A stretch of DNA of 64,000 nucleotides, taken from NCBI GenBank assembly GCA_043228905.1, contig JBHGNT010000006.1, positions 11,780,001 to 11,844,000 of the forward strand, in the 5' to 3' direction. A program made the translations under genes and the position numbers. Positions 14,049 to 25,545 of the stretch are shown one piece after another. Numbering within the stretch: position 1 is the stretch's first letter; every line of letters begins with the position of its first letter. The stretch comes from Azolla caroliniana (taxonomy: Eukaryota; Plantae; Polypodiophyta). The notes below the pieces were generated by a model. That model did no database searches and was not told the DNA's origin. It saw nothing but the letters and a program-made list of their open reading frames with translations.

Positions 14049-17000
14049 GGTACTTTCATCATGTCCTCTTTCTCAGCCTTTGTCTTGGGGCTTTGCTTGC
14101 TGGACAACTTGCAGTTTGCCGGGAGAGTTGATCCGACCGGTCTTGCTTCCGACATGTTGAACCGAGGAAGCACCTTTGTCATGTACTTCTCCTGTGACAG
14201 CCACAACTGCTTCTTCTTCCGGTCCCGGATGATGTGCATCCCTAATATTTGCCTCGCCGAACCCAAGTCCTTCATTGAGAAGGTTCGGTGAAGAGCCTTC
14301 TTCAGCATCCGTATCTTGACCTGGTCCCGTCCGACGATCAACATGTCGTCCACGTACAGGAGGAGTATTAGAGAGTTTCCTCCTTCGAACTTCTTCACAA
14401 ACACGCAGTGATCGGACTGCGTTTTGTGGTACCCTTCGTCGGTCATGAAGGAGTCGAACTTACGGTACCACTGCCGGGGAGCCTGCTTCAGACCGTAAAG
14501 GCTCTTCTTCAACCGGCATACCAGGTGTTCCTTCCCTTTCTTCTCGAATCCTCCCGGTTGCTGCATGTAGATCTCTTCTTCGAGGTCACCGTGAAGAATG
14601 CCGTCTTCACGTCCATCTGTTCTACCTCGAGGTCCATGCTTGCCGCTATGCTCAGCACCGTCCGGATGGAGGTCATCTTCACTGCCGGGGCAAATATCTC
14701 GTCGAAGTCGACGCCCTTCTTCTGCTGGAACCCCTTCACCACGATCCTGGCTTTGTATCTCGGGGGGTTTCCGGCATCTCCCGGTTTCAGCTTGAACACC
14801 CACTTGTTTCGAAGTGCCCGCTTTCCTTTCGGCAACTCCACAAGTTCATATGTGTGGTTCTCATGCAGGGAATCCATCTCCTCCTGCATGGCACTTAACC
14901 ACCTGCGGCTATAGGTGTCAAGCTTTGCTTCTTCAAAACTCTCCGGCTCCCCCTCGTCGGTTAGCAGCACGTGCTCTGGTTCCGGAAATCTCCGGGGGGC
15001 CCTTCTCTCTCTTAGAGGATATCTCCGTTCCGGAGCTTCGGTAACCGGCTCCTCCGTTTCTTCTTCATCCGAATCCATTTCGGGATCGGGGCCGGTTCCG
15101 GTATCAGTTTCATCTTCCTCGGCCGATTCTATTTCTTCACCGTCTTCGGCCAGATCCTCGAGTGCTAACCGGTCCCTTGCCGGTCGGGACTGTTCCTCGT
15201 AGAGTTGATCCTCACCGGTCGACTTGGAGCTCTTCATCTTCTTCTCCGACTCCCAGTCGGCGAGTGTCTTGTCCTCCATGAAGATGATATCACGACTCCG
15301 GAATATCTTTCTGTCGACCGGGTCCCATACTCGGTAGCCGAACTCATCATCGCCATAACCGAGGAATATGCATGGCCGGGTCTTTGGATCTAGCTTTCCT
15401 CTCCGGTCCTTTGCCACATGCACGTATGCGAGACACCCGAACACCTTCAGATGCCGGTAGGATACTTCCCTACCGGTCCACACTCTCTGCGGCGTGTCTC
15501 CGTCCAAAGGTACTGAGGGTGATCTGTTTATCACGTATGTCGCCGTCGACATTGCCTCAGCCCAAAACCCCTTGGGTAATTTCGCATGCGCCAGCATACT
15601 CCGGACCCTCTCCATTATGGTCCGGTTCATCCTCTCGGCCAGCCCGTTCAGTTCCGGCGTCTTCGGCACAGTAAACTCGAGCCGGATTCCCTTCAAGCGA
15701 CAGTACTCCGCGAACTGCCCCCGGTATTCCCCTCCGTTATCCGCTCGTATCGCTTTCAGCTTCTTGCCGGATTCCCTTTCCACTCTCGCGTGGAGTTCTT
15801 TGAAGACGGACAATACTTGGTCCTTTGTCTTCATCGGTGCCGTCCACAGCTTCCGGCTGTGGTCATCAATGAATGTCACGAAGTACTGGGCTCCGCCATG
15901 TGACTTCGTTTCTACCTGACACACATCAGTGTGCACCAACTCCAATGGTGCGCTACGTCTCGTCGGTGGCCTTGAGTGGAAGGAGGTTCGGTTCTGTTTA
16001 CCGGCCAGGCAATCGGTGCACTTCTCCAGGTGCACATGCTTTACTGGAATAAGGTTGTCTTCTGCAAGCCTCTTCATCCCCTTCTCACTCATGTGGCACA
16101 GTCTCTTGTGCCACAGCTCACCGGCAGTGTCAGCTGCCACGTTCAACTCTTCCGGACACAACCAGGCATTCATAAGGTACAGTGTGTTGATCTTCCGGGC
16201 CCGAGCCACTATCAGGCTCCCTTTGCTGAATTTCATGACACCGTTCCGGATGCTACCCGTGTAGCCTTCATCGTCTAGCCTCCCGGCCGAAATCAGGTTC
16301 AATCGAACCTCCGGAACGTGTCGGACATCCTTCAGCAGCATCTTGCATCCGGTTGATGTCATCAGCCACACGTCTCCTATGCCGGCAATCCGGCACGTAC
16401 CTTCATTTCCCATCCGGACACAGCCGTGCTCACCAGCTGTGTAGGATGAGAAGTATTTCTTCTCCGGGGTCAGGTGGAACGACGCTCCGGAATCGACCAC
16501 CCAGGTCATCTCTTCACCGGCAAGGTTCAGCTCCCTCTCTTCGGTAATGAGCATTATCTCTTCTTCACTTGCCGCGAGTGCCGTCGTTCCTTTCCGGTCC
16601 TGCCCTCGCCGATCCGGACCTCTCCGGTCCGTGGCTCCCCGGTATGCACCATTTCGCTCCGGTGACTTCTTCGAATCGGTATCGTCGGCTCCGTTGTCTT
16701 TTCGGTAATGCCGACAGTTCTTTCGAAAGTGCCCCGGCTTCCCACAGTGGAAGCATGTGGGCCTTCCTCTTGACTGCGACCGGGTCCCCGACTTCTCCCG
16801 TCTTTGCGGACTCCGGTTCCATTGTCTTCCCCGTTCCGATTCGGTAAGCAGCGCCTTCGAGTCGGAGGCCGGTTCTTTATCTCTCCGACGCGCTTCTTCG
16901 TTCAAAATACTTGTCTTTACCGTTTGAAGGGACAAGTTATCTTCGGTGCAGGAGGTGCTGAGAGTCACCACCAAGTTCTCCCAGCTTTCCGGCAACGTAC

Positions 17001-17451
17001 ACATCAGGATGATGGCTTGCATTGCATCCTCCAACGGGAACTTGATCGCCGCAAGCTGGTTCACGAATCCCATGAACGTGCTTACGTGTTCCACCATGCT
17101 CTCGCCGTCCCGGTACTTGAGGTTCACTATCTTCCTCATCAGGGAGGTCCGGTTCAACGCATTCTTCCTCTCGTAGAGGCCCGACAGCTTCCGCCACATC
17201 TCATATGCGTTGGTGTCGTTCGCCACATGTTGCAGAACACTTACATCGACATATTGCCGGATCGTCGCTACGGCTTTCCGGTTCAGGAGCTTCCACTCCG
17301 ACTCTATTACTCCCTTGGGTATCTCGGCATTGTCGATTGGTTCGTACAGGTCTCGAACGATGAGAAGGTCTTCCATCTTTATCTTCCAGTCGGCGTAGTT
17401 CTGTGAGTTCAACACCATCATGCCCGGAGGCCCACTACCGCCGCCTTCCAT
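14049..17451 (-). pseudogene. B1 gag-pol 5' part (gag, PR, INT, RT), 1-bp frameshift near 14597
   Basis: MEGGGSGPPG start, CFHCGKPGH, WVVDSGAS, LVHTD...RADNGGE, YVDDML; the frame changes at KTAF(L)HG. Confidence 0.93.
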
Positions 17452-18210
17452 TTTCTGTGTTACCGTCGCTCTGATACCACTTTGTTGAACACAGTGCTCG
17501 GCCACAACCGAGGAATAGGATCAACTCACAGAAAACAGGAAATACAAGATGCACGAAGACAATAGAGAGAAGAGTACACAGGATGTTTTACGTGGAAAAC
17601 CCTAAATGGGAAAAACCACGGGAGTCCTCAAACTCCAACTATCACTATAAACAGAGATGTACAATGGTGAAGCTACAAAGCAACAACCTTGAGCTCACTG
17701 TCTTCGCCACAGGCGGCGGCAATACACAGAGGCAACGACCTCTTCGTCTGTCTCTCTCTCTCTCTCGGCTGCTCTCACTTCTCTCCCTCTAAAAGGAAAA
17801 ACAGAAAATGAGCAACAACAACCAGCCACAGGAACAGTTTGCCCTAAGTCATATTTATACACATATGACTTTCGGGCTATTTACAAATATAGCCTCAAGG
17901 GCCCTTGGCAAACATATTCACAGATATGTCCCCGCATCCGGATCTCTCTCCGGGTACATTCGTCATCCGGCTCCGTAGCCGGGGTCTTCATCATCCGGCT
18001 CCGTAGCCGGGGTCTTCTTCATCCGGCTCCGTAGCCGGGGTCTTCATCATCCGGCTCTGTAGCCGGGGTCTTCTTCATCCGGCTCCGTAGCCGGGGTCTT
18101 CTTCATCCGGCTCCGTAGCCGGGGTCTTCATCATCCGGCTCCGTAACCGCAACCGGGCTTGCCGTCATTCATTTCCGGACATCCCATCCGGAGGGACCGA
18201 AATCCCAACA

Positions 18211-20800
18211 AATGCAACTGTTGCCTATCTTCGAAGTTATCATGAGCTTCGGAGTTAGCTTCCTCTGAAGGCACTGATGAAGCTGGAATAGCCAAATAAT
18301 CGCATGCCATTTTATACATCCTTGGAAAAATGGATCTGTTTCAAATCATAAAAAAAGATACTATAAAAATGTGTTCATTAATTACCAGCACTAACAAATT
18401 TGTTTAATACAACATGATGCAATATAGCTTGAAACCTGTTGGTAGACCACCAATGTAGAGGGTCTACGGTACTCTTCACTCGTGGAACCTTCAAGAAACC
18501 TTCAATTTTTGTCCAAGTTGATGATTCATGAGATTTGTCGTTGTTCATATCCCAAATATCCAAAAAATCAAACGGAGATCCTTCACATGCATCTCCGGAT
18601 AGAGAATCTTCGACATTAGGATCATGATATTGGGTTGTCAAGAAACTTTGCACCAATTCTATATCGAGGTCTCTCTCAATTGGATTAGGTGGCTTTGGAA
18701 TTCTACACTCAAACAAAAGACACTATTAGTAAGAAAGAAAGATTAAAAAAGGGGAATTTTCAATTAAAAACATTAGTACCTCAGGTCAACAAACATTGCG
18801 ATTCGAGATGGAATAGATTTAAGGGATTCTTGGTACTTGATTAGATATTGTAAGCATTTGTTACTAGCCTCTTGTTGCACTTGAAGAGTAATCTTCTCGG
18901 AGGATGAATCAACCGAGTTCATATCCATAGAAATATATTTATTACAATGTGCTAATAAGTTGTTGAATGCAAGCGCGGCTATTGAGAGGGTCGGATACTT
19001 TGACCCACTCAAGTAATTACAAATTTTACCAGGCAGAAGCAACCATTGTTCCATACTTTGTATATGAATCCAATCTTCTATGGAGAGTGTATGGTCCACA
19101 AACTCATTAGCAATGACATTGTCACTTGTGGTACAAATCAAGACATCTCTTAATTTTAGGGATTGTTGATACATTATTAGGGTTGAATTCCATCTAGTAA
19201 TGCAATCTACACATGGTGGTTCATGTTCTCCATTCTCATGCATGGTTTTTGAATATTTTTTAAATATAGCTCTACTCACTTTACTTGTGCGTATAGAATG
19301 TAATGTCTTCCTTAACTTCATAGTAGAAGGAGTAATAACTTCTAAAGCAGACTATACACCTAGTTGGTGCATAGACTATACACCTAGTTGATATGTATGC
19401 ACCATGCATCTTAACATATGTGATGATTGTAAAATGTCTTGGCCATGATGACAAAGTAATAACCTAGCTAATTCTTTTGATGCAACTAGAGATTCACTAG
19501 CACCGTCAGAAGTTGTAGATAGAAGACGTGAAGAGATATTAAATGATTTTAGACGGGAGAATAAAGCTTTTCCGACACGTTTTCCTACCCCATCTCCCGG
19601 AAAGACATCTAGGAAGTCTAAAAGCACACTAGCCGGCTTAGTAGACTCAAAACAAACAAAATGTAAAGTCACGGGATAAAATCCTTTCAAACTGTTGTTT
19701 GTCCACCCATCAAATGTTATAGCATATCTAAAATTTTGTGAGGACAAACAAGTAATAATTAAATGGCGAAGAACAACATACATTCATAACACTAATCTCT
19801 TAAGTGTACGAGATGATTTAAGTTGATAAGTGGGCAAGAATTCATGCATTAATCTCTTAAAACTAGAAGACTCAATATGTGCATGAGGTAGCATTGATGT
19901 GACTATGTATCTAACAATAGTACTATCAAACTTCTTCTCTAGAGTACGAGATATAGTTAATGTAGATGAAGTAGCATCTATGTTACTTTGGACAAGAACA
20001 TTGCTAGAAGTTTGTGGTTGTGATGTGCTATTAATATTATGCTTATCTAATAAATGCTTGGCGATAGAACCTGTAGATGTAGAAGACTCAATATGTGCAT
20101 GAGGTAGCATTGATGTGACTATGTATCTAACAATAGTACTATCAAACTTCTTCTCTAGAGTACGAGATATAGTTAATGTAGATGAAGTAGCATCTATGTT
20201 ACTTTGGACAAGAACATTGCTAGAAGTTCGTGGTTGTGATGTGCTATTAATATTATGCTTATCTAATAAATGCTTGGCGATAGAACCTGTAGATGTAGAA
20301 GACTCAATATGTGCATGAGGTAGCATTGATGTGACTATGTATCTAACAATAGTACTATCAAACTTCTTCTCTAGAGTACGAGATATAGTTAATGTAGATG
20401 AAGTAGCATCTATGTTATCTAATCTCTTAAAACTAGAAGACTCAATATGTGCATGAGGTAGCATTGATGTGACTATGTATCTAACAATAGTACTATCAAA
20501 CTTCTTCTCTAGAGTACGAGATATAGTTAATGTAGATGAAGTAGCATCTATGTTACTTTGGACAAGAACATTGCTAGAAGTTTGTGGTTGTGATGTGCTA
20601 TTAATATTATGCTTATCTAATAAATGCTTGGCGATAGAACCTATAGATGTAGAGCTTGCCCACAACAACTGACAATAGGCACATCGACGCTTATATGCAT
20701 CTCCGTCCTTAATGGAGATCATGTGTTGCTCGGTCCATGAAATTCTTTTTCTTGCCTTTGTTTTGCCTCTAGGGGCTGATATTGATGTTACCTCTTCCAT
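18211..20800 (-). pseudogene. hAT transposase: BED finger, catalytic core, start of dimerization domain
   Basis: CAYC...KHLLDKH BED finger; ITFDGWT, RCMVH, TRWNST, SKYPTL, DPLHWW and DYLAIPASSVPSE motifs; internal stop at 19784-19786, frameshift near 19350-19390, probable introns. Confidence 0.9.
19864..20650. repeat. Tandem duplications inside hAT transposase (periods 216, 216, 138 bp)
   Basis: TAGAAGACTCAATATGTGC recurs at 19864, 20080, 20296 and 20434; the translation repeats accordingly. Confidence 0.93.
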
Positions 20801-21248
20801 ATCAATGTATGTTACTGTACCTATAAAATTTTGGTTATAAAAGATTATGAATTCCTTTGAAATGTCCTACTCTAATCATGAGTTATTACATTGTGCCACA
20901 TTGTGGCTCAATTTGACTATATCATTATTCATATATGTGCATAATTATATTGTGAATCTTACTTCATATATGTCTACATTGTAGACTATATTGACAATGA
21001 TTGTGGGTATTACTTCATATGAGCCTTGAGGTAAAGTAATTTTAAATTGACTATAGTTTGTAATATCATTATTCATATATGTGCATACTTATATTGTGAA
21101 ATTATGTGAATCTTACTTGTAGGCTTTGTAAAATAGATGGAGGTATGCACTTTGTAGGCTTGGAAGTTGGGAGCTGGGGCTGCACGATGCATGCAGGCGG
21201 CAACAACAGGTCATTGTCTTCCCCTTTCTAGTATCTACTATGCAGCAG

Positions 21249-21285
<37 letters not shown>

Positions 21286-21650
21286 GTGCCCCTGTCTGTG
21301 TCGATGGACTGGTCACTATCTGTGTCGAGAGTCCTATTACCTAAGTCTGAGTTGTCTGTCTGTGTTGAGCAATGAGACTCGAGAGATTGAAGTCTTATTA
21401 CCTAATTAGTAATACCTAAGTCGTCACTTTGGAGTCTGTGTGTACACAATACACTCAACACTGTAGACAATAGACTCATGACTCGTGATTATTGACTACT
21501 AGTTAGAACTTAGACTTTAGTAATAAACTGTAGTTACTAGTAATTACTAATTAAATCACTTAAACGGCTTAGCCGGCTTGAGCCTAAACCGAGCCGCTAA
21601 GCCGCTAAGCCAAACGGTTTAGGCTTGAGCCGAGTCGTTGCCGATCCCTA

Positions 21651-21673
21651 CTCGAGATCATTAGCGATCACGG
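21651..21673 (+). pseudogene. 23-bp piece of G1 integrase (LEIISDHG) between the hAT and element C
   Basis: Joins 6463 and 35854 in frame to give CPLEIISDHGSHFLNEVI. Confidence 0.85.
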
Positions 21674-22849
21674 TGTTGTGAAGATCCGTCACTACGTGCG
21701 GATCGTGAGGCAGAACCGCCGGGGTTCTGGACCGGAAGGCCTCGAAGTTTGCACTAACTTTAAGCGAGAAAGGAATTAAGATAGATTGAAAGAGAGAGAG
21801 ATTGAGATAAGATAGAACGCTTGACTTTAGATTGAGAGAGATTAAGATTGAACTCTTGACTTTAGATTTGAAGAAGAAGATTGATACATCAATTGGATAA
21901 CGAATTTCTTATTTTTAATTTCTTGATTAATACATCACTCCCCTTGATCTTTTTCATCCACCCTTTTATAGATGCTCCCATGCATATGATGCATGTGAGG
22001 GTACAAGACATGTATACAATGCATGGAATGCATGTGATGCATGTTTGCCATTTGGCGCTCATGCATCACATGTCACTCAATCAAGCTCTAATATGAGAAT
22101 TTACATGTAAAACTATAATGATAGGAATTTTTTTTTTGAATATTCACTTGATATTCACTTGATAGGAATTCACTTGATATTCACTCCTTTTGAATATAAT
22201 GATAGGAATTCACTTGATATTCACTCCTTTTGAATATATCTGTCTCGCCGGCTTCGTCAGTCGCCGTTGCTGGATCTGTCGCCAGTCGTCGGTCTCGCCG
22301 CGTCCGTCGGTGGGCGTTGCCGGATCCGTCCAAAACACATAATTATATGCATTTGGCTACATCCATTCGTTAAGTCATACAACTTAACCTTTATATACTC
22401 CACACATAGACACAAAGATAATGGCTTTTGCTCTGCCTTATATATGGTGGGATCCTTATTTATCCTGTCTATGTGGGATATCACATTGTTTTATTTTTCT
22501 CTTCTTCTTTGCAAACTTCATACCCACAGAACTTGACACTTAGATGTCCGTTTTCCTACGTAGTAAAGTGCATTCAAAAGCTCTTTAAGACCTCTACCTA
22601 TTTGTACCAAGATATTAAAATTATTTAAATAGTATCTTCACTATTATTGTTTTAAATTTCATGAGAAGAACCATAGTCGATTTCGTATATTCCACACAAG
22701 TTTCACACTATTGCCGAAAATCTTCACGACATCCACCCCCACCAAACCGCACGTCCTTCGGTACGTGCCAAGAAGAGAGAGTGTGAGATTTCGGCTACGG
22801 TGATCAATCAAATTCCTCCATGTCTTTATTCACATCTGCCCTATTACCT

Positions 22850-24621
22850 TTATCGTCAAGGTGATCGAGGTTAGGATCCTCGTCTTGTCTTTTCTTGAAA
22901 ATCTTTACTCATTTTCTTGCAATGGGTATGGCCAGCCTAGATCCATCTAGCTCCGCAAGGTGATATGTTGCATTGTCGTTGGCACTTATCACTATATACG
23001 GTCCGAACTGTCTTCTTGCGAACTTCCTTGTTGTACTGTGTTGATTGTCAAGGCTGTTGTCGTAGACCAATACCCAATCTCCTTCTTTGTTCTTCTTGGG
23101 ACGTAATTGATGTGTCTTGTCGAACTGAATTTTGTTCTTCACTCGGGCTGCCTCCATCATCTTTCGTGCTTTTTCTAGATCTTCAGGTCTTCTTTCAAGT
23201 TGCCTTATCCATGCCGCTAATAACTATTCTCAGCTCATCTGGTTCTCCCATGGTATCGCTACCCATGAGGCGATCTTCTTTTCGATAGGCATTACCGGCT
23301 TTTGTCCATACATAAGTTCCATGGGCATATACCTGGTCATCGAGTTGTGTGTCATTCTATCGGCCTACAAGGCATAGGGCAATAGTCATGGGCAATTCCC
23401 TACTTGACCATTGCATGCCCGTACGATGGCTTTGACGATAGGTCCATGCCCTCACTCGCTCTTCCCATTCGCTTCTAGATTATAGGCAGTTGTGAGGGAG
23501 AGCTTCACGCCTAGTCGTTCGAAGAGCTCTGTCACTTCGTGCGCATCCAACTCCCCTCGGTTGGCTACTCTCTTTCCCACACATCCATATCGGTAGACAA
23601 CCTCTTCGAGTAGAAATTTTCAAACAGCTGACGTCGTCTTATTTGTCAAGGCCCATCCGTCCACTTGATTTGTCAAGTCTTCTCTTGCTAGAGCTAAGTA
23701 CTTCATTTGTCCCACTCCCATTGGCATTGAGACCAGATCCACCATCCATTTGAAGTGTATGGTGAGCGGGTATGTCAGTCGTAGCTCATCAAGATGACGT
23801 ATATTCGAATGTACTTGGCATGTTTCGCATGTGGACACGAAATGGAGTACATCTTTGTACATGCTTGGCCACCAGTACTTCTCCTTCAACTTCTCGAACG
23901 TAGCCCATGTTCCTCTATGACCTACCCAGGCACTCTCGTGGAATTCGGTCATTAGCATCACTTTCTCTTCTTTCTTCACCACCACTCGACGTGGTATTCT
24001 TGTCCTTCTTTTTGGGTGTCGCCAAAGGAATCCTCCCTTCAAGAAGTATTGGTAAGATTTCTTCCGGATTCGTAAGGCCTCCTTCGTCAACGAAGCATCC
24101 GTCGTCATTGTTCTTTGGAATTTGCCAATTAGTAACCACTCCCCTTCGTGCTCGTCCTTGTTGAAGGCGTGGAGGGTTAGCGTCGAGCCATCTTGAAGAA
24201 GTCGAGGGTGATGTCTTAATCTTCCAAAACCGTGTCACCTTCATTCTCAAATCTTGTCCTCGATAGCATGTAAGCCATGGAGTTCTTCTTCCCTGCAATA
24301 TGGAGAATCTCTGGGTTTAAAGACTTGATATAGGTGATCCACCTTAGCATAGCTAGATCTGGTGTCGCACATTCTGAGATCATCCCGAGGATTGGGAGAC
24401 AATCTATCTCAACTATTACTTCCGACCCGATCAAAGTTCCCACTTGACTTGGGCTTATCTTTGTTGTCGTTTGCTGAGAACCTTTGTTCCGAACCAGATG
24501 GCATACCGCGCATTATCTTCTCCTTCTTGGTTGATGATCCACCCGATTCCGGTTGGGCTTGTATCTACAGTCACATAAATCGGCTTCCCTTCTGTATAGT
24601 CAGCCTTTCTTAGTGCTGGAG
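22850..24621 (-). pseudogene. Element C RNase H and integrase
   Basis: VTVDTSPTGIG RNase H; H..GH...CETCQ integrase zinc finger; WMVDLV; FGPY motif; LLEVP-ALRKADY is restored across D. Confidence 0.88.
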
Positions 24622-25545
24622 TGTTACTGATTAGGAACACGGTCTACGGTCAATCCTTCGACCTAGACCTCAAGGTGACTGCGTTGCAACGGATGGTACC
24701 GTCATATCGTAATACATAATGGGGCACTCCCCGTATCCTCGTAGCGTATAAGGGAGACGGTTACAACTAAACTCCTTATACAGTGCCCTAGTACTCGCAC
24801 TTACGCCTACGCCCTTACGATTACAAGAAGCCACAAAGAATCAAAGAACACAACGGATCAACCACAGATATGCACAGAAATCAGAGAAGGTAGTACTCTA
24901 TTACAATAACGCTCTATGCACCAAAATTACACGCTACCTCTTACAAAGGATTTTTGCCCTTTATATACATAGGGTCTTTTAGCCATTCATGCTTGCCGCG
25001 TGAACCGTTACATGCGTTACATTTTTACTATATTCTATATTTCTACGCTCCTGTCCGTCAGTTACATTTTTACACCTGGCACGCTTGTGGGACAGTGCCA
25101 TGGCACATCGGACCCACCCCTTTAATCTTCCTCCAAAATGGCCCGGATGTTTGGTTCTGCCCGGGTGTCCATGTCCGGGGACGGCGTAGTGTCCGTAGGC
25201 GTGTCGTTGCGTGGTTCCAGTACTTGCTCGGTAGGACTTTCCATGGTGCCGCTGGCTTCTTGTGAGGGCAGTCTGGGCTCCGTTGGCTCATCTTGTTCTA
25301 CTGTGGCTGGTGTAGCCGTCGGTGGGCTCGTTCGAAACTTTCTCCGTGGTGCCGGTCGTAGTCGTACACTTCAATGAATGGGGCTGAGGTTCCTCCTGGT
25401 AAGTAGTCTCACTTTCTGGTATCGCGGGGGGCTCCGCTTGCTGTTCTGTGCTGCCCATCATAGTGGTTAATTCCAGTGACGTGGACTGAGGTTCCTCTCG
25501 TTCGGCACTATCCTTTACTGGTATCGCGATGGATTCCGCGTTAGG

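Larger units (their letters stand above)
7042..18210 (-). mobile_element. Full-length Ty1/copia (Tnt1/Tork-like) element B1, interrupted by B2
   Basis: TSD AATGC (7037-7041, 18211-18215); 728-bp LTRs 17483-18210 and 7042-7769, about one difference by eye; PBS 17468-17479; PPT 7770-7782. Confidence 0.97.
6464..21650 (-). mobile_element. hAT DNA transposon carrying nested Copia B1/B2
   Basis: 8-bp TSD CTCGAGAT at 6456-6463 and 21651-21658; imperfect TIRs TAGGGATCGACAACG / CGTTGCCGATCCCTA; AACCG/CGGTT subterminal repeats at both ends. Confidence 0.95.

Noticed and set aside
9264-17406. Many antisense and alternate-frame ORFs over Copia gag-pol (also 56138-60838)
   Set aside because: Expected shadows of GC-rich coding sequence; no independent motifs.
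7042-18210. Inverted duplication caused by misassembly or fold-back
   Set aside because: B1 and B2 have separate TSDs, different LTR subtypes and many substitutions, as expected for two real insertions.
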